Assembly (NCBI GenBank): GCA_021613535.1
Contig: CP075495.1
Location: forward strand, 6,262,001 to 6,326,000
Direction of reading: 5' to 3'
DNA length: 64,000 nucleotides
Origin: Adineta vaga
Taxonomy: Eukaryota > Animalia > Rotifera
Every line of letters begins with the position of its first letter. The stretch's first letter is position 1. Of this stretch, positions 39,580 to 53,800 are shown one piece after another. The notes under the pieces were generated by a model. It saw nothing but the letters and a program-made list of their open reading frames with translations. It did no database searches and was not told where the DNA came from. A program made the translations under genes and the position numbers.

Positions 39580-42500
39580 TTAAATAACTATATTTTTATT
39601 TTTCTTTGACCATACTTGAGTTTCACACAATTCAACAGCCTAAAATTTAAATGAAAGACACATAGATAAAGTCGTTAGAATAGACAATAAAATATTTACA
39701 TTGCATAAAATAGCATTTTGACGACTTGTACACCAGTAGTTCATGCCGTATATACATTTTCCATAAGTTGTTGGTTTTGATGTTGAAACTGGAGGAGTTG
39801 ATTGACGATGAGTTGATGTTTGTAATGGAGAATTAGTTTTACATATACCAATACTCTGACAAGCAACTTTTGGATCAACGTCACTAGAGATCATTTGAAT
39901 AAGATATTGCCCATATTGATCAATAAAATCATCACATTGTTTCTTTAAATTAATGAAAGAAAAGGAATCACATGATTTTTTTAACGTAGCCATAATTTCT
40001 TCTTCAGTTTGATTAAGAGTGATATAATGTTTCATACGTGAAACAACATATTGACAAATTGTACATGAAAGTTCAGGCTGTTTTTCTGGTAAATGTACAT
40101 AATCATGGTTTGGATAGGTTACTGGTGTTGGCTTTTTTGTTATTTTCTCTGTTGGTAATGAAACTTGACACATTCCAAGATAACGACAAATTGTATCTGG
40201 ATCAGCCATTTCAGCAATTAACTCAGCAAGAACTGGTCCATAAGTTTTAACAAATTCTACACACTGAGCACGTTCTTTACCTATAGATCAGAAAAATAAC
40301 TTATGTAAATTCTTTCATATGACGATAAACAAAACTTACTTGGTAAGATGGTACACACTTTTTCTAGAGCAGCTTCAACTGCTGCTTCAGATTTGTTGGT
40401 CTTTAAAACCGCATCTAGATATGAAACAACATAATGACATAATGTACATTGTGGAGTATCATCTAAATTTTTGGTAAGTATCCGTTTAATTTCATCATCT
40501 TTTTCTAATGTTTCATGAATGATTACTGGTGCGCTTGTACTAGTTTCATCCTTTTCTGTTTGACAAATAGTTAATTGTTTACAGAAATTATTACCCAAAT
40601 GAAGTTCTAATTTTCGAATATGTGGTCGAAATAGTTGAACCAACATTTGACATTGTGACATTTGTTCAGTTGATAGATGTGAACAAACAGTGGATAATGC
40701 ATTTTCAAGCGATTTATCACTTGAATCACGTTTTAATGCAAAATTAATATATGTTGAAACATAATCACAGACACCACATGATGCTTGATTAGCTTTGGTA
40801 ACATGTGATAATTCTACTTTCATTTCTTTCGTACATAGATTAAGTTTTTGACAGATGGTTTTAGTATCGAAATGACCGATGAGTGTTGCAATGATTGATG
40901 GACCATAATTATCAATTAATTCATGACACTGTTTTTTAAGTGTTGCTGGCATTTGATTGCAAACTTTTTGAAGACTTTGTTCAATTTCATCTTCTGTCGA
41001 TTGTTGATGAATATAACTTTCAAGAATATGCATGACATATTCACAGAGAATACAAGTTGAATTGGAATCATTGACTACTTCTGGTTCAGGTTGTTTTGGT
41101 AGAACAACAACGGATGTATGTGGTAAATGTTGTTCCAATGTTTGCTGATCATTTTCAATTGAATGAGTAAAAGCATATAAAGCTTCTTCACAAGATTGTT
41201 GAAAAACACCCATATTTGCACATAAAGTTGAAACATTGCAAAAACCAAGACGAGTACAAATTTGTTTAGCATCAATACCATCAATACATGAATCATATTG
41301 TGTTTCTGTATCTTTCCAATATTTACGACATTGATCTTTTGATGGACAATAATCACAAGCACGAATAAATACTGAGATAACATTATCAACAGCACCCTTT
41401 GCACATTCTTTCTTTTGATTAACTTGATCGACACAACATTGACATTTATCTTGACTACATTTATCTAAATAGAACACACAAACAATTAGTGAAATGTTAT
41501 TGGCTTTTTCATTCTATTGAATGAATTGACTTACTAAGATTTGAAGCAGTGAAGAAATTCGTTGTTTTCTTTTCACCAATTTGCATTAAATCTTTAATGT
41601 TATAGTTAATTTTGATTGTTTCAATTTGTTTTCTATTGCCACGGATCATTTGTTTACATAATGATTCAAATGGTCCAAGTGTTGAACAAACACTTTTATC
41701 CAATTCATCTTCTAAAAACTTTTCAAATTTATCGAAATCCATCTCATTTGTTGTTGAACAAAAGCCAATGGCAGTACATGTTTGTTTTGGATCAAATTGT
41801 TTCACAGATTCTTCAAATGAAGTTCGGATTTGTTTTACAAATACTTGACATTGTTGACCAGCAAAACGTTGACAAAGATCATCAAAATAGGTAGCTACAC
41901 GATCAATACCACGTAAAATACCATCTTTTCGTTGTTGTAAACGTTCTACACAGGTTGTACATTTATCTGTTCCAATAGTATTATGCGATGAAGCACAGAG
42001 ATGAATATTTTGACAGAATTGTGCTGGATCAATATTATTCAAATACGATTTAAGATTATCAAATCGTCGATTGTAATAATCACGGCATTGATCTTTTACT
42101 GAACAACGTTCACATGTACGAAGAAGTACATCACGAATAGATTCCTAAAGAAAACTATATTGAGATAGTCAGATCGTATGAAAGGAGTCTTACTAAAGTA
42201 TTAATCCAGAAATCTTTCGATGATTGAACTGCATTTTTACACGACTGACAAACATCAGCATGAACATCGGTAGACATTTGTTCACGTAAATCATCATCAA
42301 TTAATTTTGGATTATTAGTTAACATAGCCATATAAGCATATGCATGACGATGACTATTTGATGATGCAATTAAATGTTCACACATAGGTCTCAATTGGCC
42401 ATACTGGAAGCAAACATCACTTGCTAAACTAGCTTCTAAACGTTGATCTAAAGCTTCAATTGATGAACCAGTATGATGATTGGAATTTATCAATAAACGT

Positions 42501-45500
42501 GAAAGATATCCGGTCGTTTGGGATGATCGTTCAGCTTGGCAATAACCATATCGTTGACAATATGTTTGAGAATTGAATTTATTTAATTGATTTAACGATT
42601 GATCTTGTGCTTTTTGTACCATTGAACGGCAATCATCATCATTACATAGAGACAGAAGTGATTCTGTAACTTCATTCATGGCTGTTTGAAATTGTTTTTG
42701 TCGAGAATTCAAACGATTTGTACAACATTGACACTTATCGCCATCGATTTTACACTGGAACAAAAAAAAATGTTTTTTTAGTTTTTAAATATTTAAATAT
42801 GAATAAAATCATTACTTCTTGTTGTTGAATAGGACAAAAGCCCATTCGTTTACAGTACGTTGTGGGAATAAATTCATCAACTTTAGATTTCATTCGATCA
42901 CAAACACGATTGAACCATGAAACACAATAATCTTTCGTTAAACTCCAATCGCATGTTGCTAAAAATCCACTTCGTAATGTTTCCTAAAATAAAAACAAAA
43001 AGAAATAAATCAATCGTTTTCTATTGTTAAATTATATTTCTCTAAAAAAATGACTTACAATCATGTTTAAATCATAATTCTTCTTTGTTGTATAAAATTG
43101 AACACAACAATCACATTTATCTTTGCAATTATCAACATTTACTGATGGTCTACAATTAGATGATTGATCAAGTTCACATAATTCTTGTTCAATCTGTCCA
43201 TTTTCATTAAAGATTGATTTAAATAAAGCTTCCATTCGTGCATTATTTTCATCCGATTCAACTAATTGTTTGCATAACTTATCAAATGGACTATTTGATG
43301 AACAAATTGCATTGGCCAATGATTGACGTGAAGTACAGAGTGTTTCTGTATTTAATCGTGTAAGTTTTTCATTGACATCTAATGTTGAACGGTCAATGAT
43401 CGAATAACAATCTTTATTCCACTACAAATAAAGAAATAATAAAGAAATTTGAATAAGATTTATTTTTACTGGAATATATTCGCAGAGGGATTTGAGATTT
43501 TTATTAATTGTTGTTATGGATGAAAGAAGAAATTGTTTTTTCGATTCCATTCGTGATTGACATTGTGATAATGTATCAATCTATAAAGAGAAGCGATTGT
43601 TTATTATTATTAGAGAAGTATAGAAAATAATAAACTTACTACAATAGGCGATGCTGAACAATGAGTCAATAGTTGACAAACTCGTTTAGAATTCTGCAAA
43701 ATAAATAAATATTAAACAACTTTCAATTTATTTCAAGAATGAACTTACGAATTGTGAAGTTAATTTATTGACATTTGCATCTAATCGTGCTGTTGTTTCC
43801 GAACACTACAAGAGAAACATCAATATTCAACTTCTCTGTTATTGAAATTACTAAAATACTATACCTTGCCAGATCCTGGCATACGTTGACATAAAGTTTT
43901 AATACTTTCCACCATTCCTCGCTACATAAAAGAACGAAAAGTATGTACATTATTCAAATGATTTATATATTCTGTACCAAAAATGTAGCAACTTGTACTT
44001 CATGAATTTCAATCTTATCCATACAACATTCACATTTATCATTACACTAAAAGACAACAAATAATGATATCAAAACGCAATCCATTATCAATTGAAACAT
44101 ACATTTTCAAATGCTGAATTTGATGCACAAATACCCATTGTTATACAAGCTTTCTTTGGATCGATATCTTTGGAGATCATAGCAAGAAGTGCTGGACCTT
44201 CAGTATCCATTGTTTTCTTACACTAAAATAAGTATTTTGAAAATTCATTCTATTAGTCAAATAAAACTACATACTAATTCGGATAATGATCCAAGTTTGG
44301 AACAAATTTCATTTTTGATATATTCAATGATTTCCTTCTAAAAACAAGACACAAACAAATATGACAATCTTGTTTTCATCAAACATTTGCAAAGGTAAAA
44401 AATCTTTAAATAATCTTCAGATATATGTTTTCACTGGTCCAATCTACCTCTGTTGCATTTCTTGTCAATGCTTTTTTAATCGTATCAAAAGCCAATTTGC
44501 ATAAAGTACAATTGAAAGTATCACTCTTTAGAGATAATGCAAACTAACAAGGAAATTGAACATTTACACAATTAACAATCTATACTTACACTAAGAACAT
44601 TATCTGTTGGATTGATTTCTGTTGGTTTGGTGTTGTCTGCAGTTGATTGATCACAGAATTTCAAATCAATGCAGATCTGTTTTGGATCCTAAAAAAAGGT
44701 GCATGGTTTCATTTTTATCCTGATTATAATCGAAATTCACATACCAATGATCGAACGAAATTGACTAATGCATCTAATGATTCATCAACAGTTTTGATAC
44801 ACTATAATAAACAACAAAACCGCAATGATTCAATAAACAAAAGAATTATTCAGAATTCATACTTCGTCTTTTTGTGGTAGTTGTTCACAAAGATGATGAA
44901 GAAACTCGGTTGAATGATTCTAAGATAAATGAAAGTGTATTGTATTTAACTAGTAGAAAAAAGTGCCGCTCAATTCACTTACCACAAGTTTTTCCGCAAT
45001 ATGTTTTCGTCGTGTAAAATCATCGACACATCGTTGACATTTATTTTTATCCTATTCAACAACAATCAGTTTCAATTTTATAATTATTAGAGAAATCTTA
45101 CATCATCAATAGCCAAATTATCAAGTAATGACATTCTTTTAGGACAAATGCCAAACATACGACAAAGATCATTACCTTCCTATAAAATAAACTGATCCCA
45201 TATCTGTCTTAATCAACGAATAGAACATACCATATCACTGAAAAGAGCTTGTGCAAAATGTGTACCATCTTTTTCAATCAATGCATTGCACTAGAATCAA
45301 ATATTTATAGGAAACAAAATCATTTGAATAAAATTACGTACAACATCTTTAAATGATCCAAGATGTTCACACATATTTTCTTTGAGAAATGAATCCATTT
45401 CATCCTACAAGAATATTTTCGTTGATGAAAAACAATTCTTCAGTTTCTTTCTTAATCATTTACTTTTTTAATTGAACTTGTTTTGGAAACAACATCATTG

Positions 45501-47725
45501 ATACACACATGGAAATGAGTACAAAGTAACATTGCTTTCTAAAAAAAGAACCATATTATCAAAACAAAGTCTTGTCCCAAATTCTATTTCTTACAGTTCC
45601 ACATTTAATATTATCAATTAAATCTTGTCCTTTTGTTTCAATTATTTCTTTACAATTTTTCTTTGCTAAACCAGTTAAACGTGCACAAACTTGTTCATCA
45701 ATATAAAGAAGCACTTTATCCTATAAAGAAATTATATGAAAGATTTCTAAACAAATACTTCGCTTCTTACATTAGTATGTTTTGCATCAAGCATATATTT
45801 AGCTGTTGTTATAACAAATGTACATAGTTCACAATGTACATCGGGAAGTGCCTATACAAACAAAAATGAATATCAAAACAAGATTCCATCCAAATCTCTT
45901 ACTTGAAGAGCGGAATGATCCGTAAAATCACCAACATAATCGCAAACTTTTGATAATTCCTACAAAGTATCATATTTTTTTCTAATAATTAAGATTATTT
46001 TCGTTTATTTCTTACAATATTACTAGCAACATGTCCATGAATATCAATACCATGTTTTTCAACTAAATTTTCGCACTAAATAAATGAATTTTAATTTCCA
46101 AAAATTGTTTATGAATGATTTTATTTCTTACTTTTTCTACGAGTTCTGTTGTTGATAATTTTTGACAATCATCTTTCAAAAATGATTGAATATCATCTCG
46201 ATTTTTATGTTGATTATTATGAAGTTCATATGTAGCACGAACAAGAACATTACATAACATTTTTGATTGTTCATCAATCGGTACTGATTTTGGTTCATCT
46301 TTATCAAATGTAATGATTTTCTTTTCTTCGGGTTGTTCAGCATCAATTGTTACACGTGTAGTAACTGTAGCTTCTTTACACATATGTGATAAATGACAAA
46401 TAACACCAGGATCCTAAATTATTTTCAATAGAAATTGATGCAATTTTGTTTTCAAATACTTACGATGTTTGTTTTAATTAAGACAAGAATTTCTTTAGCA
46501 TATTGACTCATTCTTTGTACACACTAAAGTAATAATTAAATAGAAAATAAAGAAGGATAATATGATCTAATTTACTTCATCGATGGATTCCTTTGTTGGT
46601 AACATTGAGCAAGCACCAGATAACCATTTTTCAACATCAATCTGAATAAAAACATTTGGTGAGTATAAATTAAGATTTCGAGAGAGTCTTTTGACTATGA
46701 AGGAAATATTGTAGAAATTCAAGAACGAAGAAAGGGATAGAATAACATCTGATTTACATACTTCTGTTTGATTATCTTCAATGATAGAACGTAATTTTTG
46801 TACGGTGAATTCACAATATTGACATATGTTATCGTTTGGTTTCTTTTGAATACCTTGTTGAGACCAAACTTTATTTGTACAATGTTCCATTGAACTACAT
46901 TCACGAGAATTGCTCAATGATGAACACCAATAAGATGGACCCCAAGTACATCGTTTTTGTCCAAGAGGCACTGAAAATAAAAATCAATATTTCTTTATAT
47001 AAAAACATAACATCATATATGACATTTACTTGGCTTTTCAGTCGTTGATGTTTCAGATTTTGGTTCAACCGAACAAATATCCATCAAATGACATAATGTA
47101 GCATAACGCTAAAAAGAATACAGATGTTTAATTAAGATATATTGTTTTGAATAAATATATCTACTTTATTTTTCATTAAAGCAGCAATTGAAGTGCCATA
47201 TTTTTCAATAACATTAATACACTGAAAAAGAGATAGAAGAAAATAAGCTATAGTAAATTTATTTCTATTTACTTTTGATGATACAGTCGATAAAGGAAAC
47301 AATTCACATCCTTTAACTAATGATGATTTGATTAAATTCTGCAAAGAAAGAAGAAAAAACTTGTATTGTTAATTGATATTTAAAAATATAAATAACTAAC
47401 CTCATCATTAGCTAAATGTTGAATGCCTTTATGAGTATTTTCAAGAATCTTTTGACACCATTCACAATTAGTTGTTGCATCAACAGTTGTATGTTTCGAA
47501 TCATAACGCCATACAGTATCAGTACAATGACGTAGTGCACCACAGTCTTCTGCTGTTTGAAATGATTTACACCAATATTCTGGACCACCAGCACAACTTT
47601 GTTTATACGCAGTTGTTAAATAAAGTATTAAAGCTAAAGGTAAAGACACTTTTTTGTTAACTTTGATTGTTTATATTGATGAACAACTTACCAAATAAAT
47701 AAGTGACGAAAACGGCTTTCGCCAT
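39580..47725 (-). CDS. Giant prosaposin-like protein A (signal peptide, 3 saposin A-type and ~18 saposin B-type domains; many exons)
   Basis: SapA motifs CAGGPEYWC..HCTDTVW, CTWGPSYWC..HCTNKVW and CIYGMNYWC..CETQVW; repeated CxxC..C..C..YG..P..C..L..C; domain count by eye. Confidence 0.88.
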
Positions 47726-49125
47726 GATGCGACACTATATAATCAAAAGTGAGAAAAAATGAACGAATTTATCTGAAAAATAAATTCAATATGATAATTT
47801 ACTGATCGATATAACATATTTAGATAACCTGTACACCTGAGATAATATACAGTATATGAAATATTACTCAATCTTTACAATTCATGATAACAGGTGCTCC
47901 TTGCCGTATGATCTATGACATGCAAGATAATGATGAAGAGTTTCAAGCATTTATTATTATTATCTATCGGATAGGAATGGACGTAACAAAGATGATAAGA
48001 AAACGCGTTAAAATGACATATACCTGTATTTGTAGACGATGGCAACCCCTTTTTCTATATGATTTTGTTACGGATGAAAGAACAGTGTTGCTTACCAGTA
48101 AGTAATACAATGACTAAGACAGAAAAAAAAGCAAAAAGTACATTTCTTTTCTCTAAATATAACACCTCTGTTACTCTGACTAAGATTAGTTCGAAATTTG
48201 ATGCAGAAAAAAAGCAATCATTATTTTTTGAAGGAAAAAGAAATGATCAATAATAATAAGAAAGAAAGAATATAAGAATGAAAAACAAAGAACGTAGTAA
48301 TTGTAGTGACAACTATATAGCAACTGCTGATTTGATGAGTCATTCTTTGAAAAAGTATATTCGAGAAGAAAAATCTTTCTCGTAAAATCAAACTCATACA
48401 TGAATATATCTTTTATTTTATTTTATTTATTTATTTATTCCATGAAGAATATAAAGAAAACTATCAAATATAGTAAAATAGAGGTCGCTAGTGTGTAGTT
48501 ATTAATATATCCAAATGATTTTTGCCTTCTACTATATTCACTTACTTGATAAAAAGTAAAGAATAATAAAATAATCAAGTAATCTTAGATTATATTATTG
48601 CTCTTGTTTCTCGAGAAGCAATGTGACTATATATGTGCCTGTCTTGCACCTGTTTCGATTTGTTTTATTGTTATAAAGAAAATACTATTCACTGATTGAA
48701 TAGAAAAAAACAACAGAATCAAAGAATGAGAAGAGAGAATGTGAAAAGAATATTCGTAACGAAAAAAAATCAAGAAGATAAATGTATTTTTCGTCTCTGT
48801 TTCACATACACTGACAATCATTTGCCCACTTTTTCTTGTTAGAACAGGCTATTTAGTTAACTCGATATGATAATTAGTCATTTGTTGTATTAAATTACAC
48901 ATATATTATAACACCCTCAAGTCTTTGAAAAAACCTGTTTATGATTTGTTTCATTTTATGTAATATTTATTTATAAGTAATAGAACGCAAAAACAAACTA
49001 AAAATGCGAAACGATCACTGCAAATAATATTCAATTCAAGCTAATAACCTTCAACATCATTAATATAAGTTCATAAGTATATCTGAATAAAATTTTACAA
49101 AATACGTGAATTGCGTTCACTTCGA

Positions 49126-50170
49126 TTATTTCATACGGATTGGTCTCAAGAAATAGAAGACAAATAATGAGATGAAAAAGTAACCAACAATTGCTACTAG
49201 TGCAATAAATTGAATTCGTCTTGCGCCATTTGTTACACGTTTAGTGATGAATTCCGGCATTTCACATAGGTATATGGCAACTAAAATTCCCATTAATGCA
49301 CCACCACCATGTGCTGCATGATCAATACGACCAGAAAAATCTACATCAAGAAAAACGCTCATTACAAAATATGGTATAACTAAAAGCATGATGAGAAATT
49401 GTATAATTTTATCTTGTAAATTTTTTATAGTAAAAATTCGTAATGTATTATCGATAATACAAAAGAATAAGAGACCATAGACAGCACCAGATGCTCCAAC
49501 AGATACTAAAATGAAAAGAAGACATTGTTTTAGCAATCCTTCAATATGAAAAATTCTACACACCAGTTTCGGGTCTAACCAATGCACTCATAACATTTCC
49601 ACTGAAACCAAATAAAATATAACATATTGCGAATGTTTTCGTGCCATATTTCACTTCTATTAGAGAACCAGCTAACGCTTGATATACAAGATTATTTAAA
49701 AGATGTGTGACACCACCGTGTAAAAACATGGGTGTAAAAAATCGATAGATTTGATAGGGAAAAAGAAATGCATGGCATCTAGATTTTAATCCAGAGTTAA
49801 ACGAATCTCGTTGTGCTTTAGTGGACAGTGCTTTCATACATGGTGCGTACTTGCCGCCCATTTTGATCCATGTATCTGATTTTAGATCGGTTCCTCCTTG
49901 GACAATATACATAATAATAAGCATGATAAGATCGAATACTCCAACACCAACGGTAAATAAGGGACGATGTTTTTGACCCGATGATGATGTTATATGAGTT
50001 GTAGGTTCGTTTCTATCAAGTTCCATGATTACATCTCCATTAAATGTATATGTTCGAGATGCATATGGTGGGACAGATGTATTTGAAGTTGTATTTGATG
50101 TCGAGGGCTTCATGGATGATTCAAATCCATCTCTTATCTTTGTCCACATTGTCTTTGTAAACGTTGACAT
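49126..50170 (-). CDS. Rhomboid intramembrane serine protease; intron 49506-49563
   Basis: YRFFTPMFLHGGVTHLLNN, catalytic VGASG and DHAAHGGG. Confidence 0.9.
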
Positions 50171-50826
50171 TTTTATTTGATCTTGTCTAAAAAAAAGAAA
50201 GAAAAATAGAATCTTTTTTATGATTATTACACTTCTGTTTTGTCCTAATACGAATCACACGATTAAGATAAAAGAATGACTGCAAAGAAAAATCTCATAA
50301 AATAATATGAGAAACGTGATTCTTTAATGTTATATATATATATATATATATTTTTATAAATTATCTTTGTCTAGGTTTCATTTAATGTCTCTACGAATGA
50401 GTATATCATCTGTGAGTATACTCGAAAATAAAATGTTGACTTTAATAAGTTTAAGTCGATTTCTTCGTTCTTTTATCTCGCATGAGTACTTCCAATTTAA
50501 ATAATGAGATGAGAGTTATCAGACTTTTAATAGGAAAAGAAGAGTTTGTATTACAAGAGATTTCACATGAAAAAGAGAATAATAATAGTAAGATAAAGAA
50601 GGAATGAGTATACCAAAATCAACACCAGTTTCTGTTTTCATAGATCATATATACGAAAACATATGGCATTGTAAAGCGAGAATAGTTTGAGATAGATAGA
50701 GAGAGAGAGAATGAATAGAAGCGAAATATGTTTGAAAAAGAAATAAAAAAAAAGAAAAAAACTAAATGTCTTCATGTTGTATATCTATGGACAAATGATT
50801 AGAAATGAATAGTTTTTTTGTTTTTC

Positions 50827-53800
50827 TTAAACCGGTATACGAGCATATTGGTGATTAGAATACATAATGGGTTTTGTTTCTTGTGATGGAAGTACTTGAC
50901 ACATTCCAAGATAACGACAAACTAATCGTGGATCAGCTAATTCAGTGATTAAATCAGCAAGAACTGGTCCATATGTTTTAATGAATTCACCACATTTAGG
51001 ACGTTCTTTTCCTATGAAAATCAAAATTGTCTCTCATGTTTAGCAACTTCTTATCTTACTTGGTAAAATTGAACAAACTCTTGCTAATGCAGCTTCAACT
51101 GCCGCTTCAGATTTGTTATTCTTCAAAACAGCATCCAAATATGAAACCACATAATGACATAACGTACATTGTGGTGTGCTATCCAAATTGTTAAGTGTGA
51201 CATGTTTTAATTCTTCATCATCGAAATCATTTTGTGATTCGTAAGTATGAAGATGAACTGCTGGTTTTAATTCAGCCATAGGTGTTTGACAGAGTGCTAA
51301 TTGTTTGCAAAAATTATTTCCAAGTTGAAGATTTACCTTTCGCATATGTGGTCGAAATAATTCTACAATTGTTTGACATGCTGCATGATGTTCAGTTGAT
51401 AAATGTGAACAAACAGTAGATAATGCACGTTCAAGTGATCGATCACTTGAATCACGTTTTAATGCAAAATTAATATATGTTGAAATATAATCACAGACAC
51501 CACATGATGCTTGATTAGCTTTGGTAATGTGTGATAATTCTACTTTCATTTGTTTTGTACATAGATTAAGTTTTTGACAAATTGTTGTAGGATCAAAATG
51601 ACTGAGAAGTGTTGCAACAATCGATGGACCATAGTTATTGATCATTTCATGACATTGAACTCGGAGTGAAGCAGGCATTTGATTGCAAACTTTTTGAAGA
51701 CTTTGTTCAATCTCTTGTTCAGTTGAATCTTGACGAATGTAATTTGAAACAGTGTTCATGACATATTCACAGAGAATACAAGTTGAATTGGAATCATTAA
51801 CTTCATCTGATTCTGATTCTTCAGATAAATTGTTTATTGATGGAAATGAAATTTCTTCGGCAGTTTTTAAATTATTTGTTGAACAAAGACGAATACTTTT
51901 ACAGAAATCATCGGCATCAATATTTGCAAGGTAAGCTTTAATACCATCAAATCGTCGATTGTAATATTCACGGCATTCATCTTTTGATGGACAATAATCA
52001 CATGTACGAAGTAATACATCACGAACGGAATCCTACAGAAATCGAGTAAATTCAAAATTTGAAGAAAAAAGAAGTTCAATTCTTCTTACTAAAGAATTAG
52101 CCCAAAAATCTTTTGTTGATTGTACTGCATTTTTACATGATTGACAAACATCAGCATTGACCTTTGTACTCAAATGTTCACGTAAATCTTCATCGATTAA
52201 AGTTGGATTATTAGTTAATAATGACAAATAAACATAAGCATAACGGCGACTATCAACTGAAGTCATTAAATGTTCACAGATAGTTTTTGAATGACCAAAT
52301 TCTGAACATATATCATGAGCTTGTAAACGTTCTTCGAGTATTTTTGTTTGATGTTGAGCAAGACTTCTTAATCGTAATAAAGTTGTACTTGGTTCGAATG
52401 CATTCTCTGATAGGCAATAACCTAAATGTTGACAGACTTTTTGTGTATTGAGATTATCAATCTTAGTCAATAATTCTTGTTGTGTGAATTGAACACGTGA
52501 ACGACAATTATTATCCGAACAGAATGAAAGAAGATCTTTTGTTATTCCATTAACGGTTGTACGAAAACGATTTTGACGACTATTGAGTTCAGTTTGACAA
52601 GTTCCACATTGTTCATCAGTTGTTATAATCTAAGAAACAAAATTTCTGAACTGAAGAAAAATGAAAATGATAATTAATGTCTTTTACTTCAGATGACGAA
52701 CATAAACTTAACATTTGACAAATGCGTTTTGAATCCTATAGAGAAAAATCAGAGCATAATATTCTTTGCACTCACATAGTTTCTTGTGTTTACTTACAAA
52801 TTTTGCAACAGTTTTATCAACGTTAGATTCAAAGATATCAGCTAAACGAAGACACTAAAACAATAGGATTATTAGATGTTTTTCTATTCATTAATAACTT
52901 TACTGTATCACGACCAGGAACATGATCACACATTACACGTGTACTTGCAACAATTGTTCGCTATAAAACAATCATAATAGATATATTCATCTATCTAACG
53001 ATTTCTTGTCTAATTTTTACCATGAATTTCTCTAATTGTTTTTGATAGATTTCAACTTTATTTATACAACATTGACATTTATCTTGACACTAAAATTCGA
53101 GAAAAAGAAAACAATCATCCATCTTATCCAATATTGTATCATAGAAACTTACATTTGTCATTGCAGAACTGGATGGACATACATCAAGTACGGTACATAT
53201 TTGATGTGGATCCATCTTTTTAGCAATAATATTCATAAGATTTAATCCTTCAGTTTCTGCCAATTCAATGCACTAAAGAGATTTACAATAGGAAAAACGT
53301 TTCAATATCTTTTCTGAAATCATACCAATGTTGATAATGAACCAAGTCGATGGCAAACATCATCCTTCAAATATTCAACAATTTCTTCCTATGAAAATAA
53401 ATACAATGTATTAATTTATAGAATAGAAATAATAACGAAGAGCTATCAAATCCAATTTAAATCTTACATTAATCACATTATCTGATGGAATAGTTTCAAT
53501 TAATTGAATTGCGTTTAAAGATTTTTGATCACACATATTTAATTGAACACAGATAGCTCTTGGATCCTAACGAGTAATCTTTTTAAATAAAAGTTTAAAA
53601 ATCAAATTTTCCCTTACTAATGATCGTATAAATGTCACGAGGTCATTGAGTGAATCATCAACAGATTTAATACACTAAATAAGAAATAAATTTGATATCA
53701 AAACAAAGCATGAGCTCTATTTCAATAAAACATACATCATCTTTTTCAGGTAATTGTTCGCAAAGATGATGAAGAAATTCTGATGAACGATTCTAAATAT

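Noticed and set aside
47750-49000. Short ORFs between saposin A and the rhomboid, and at 60900-61900
   Set aside because: Low-complexity AT-rich translations with no motifs or splice support; treated as intergenic.
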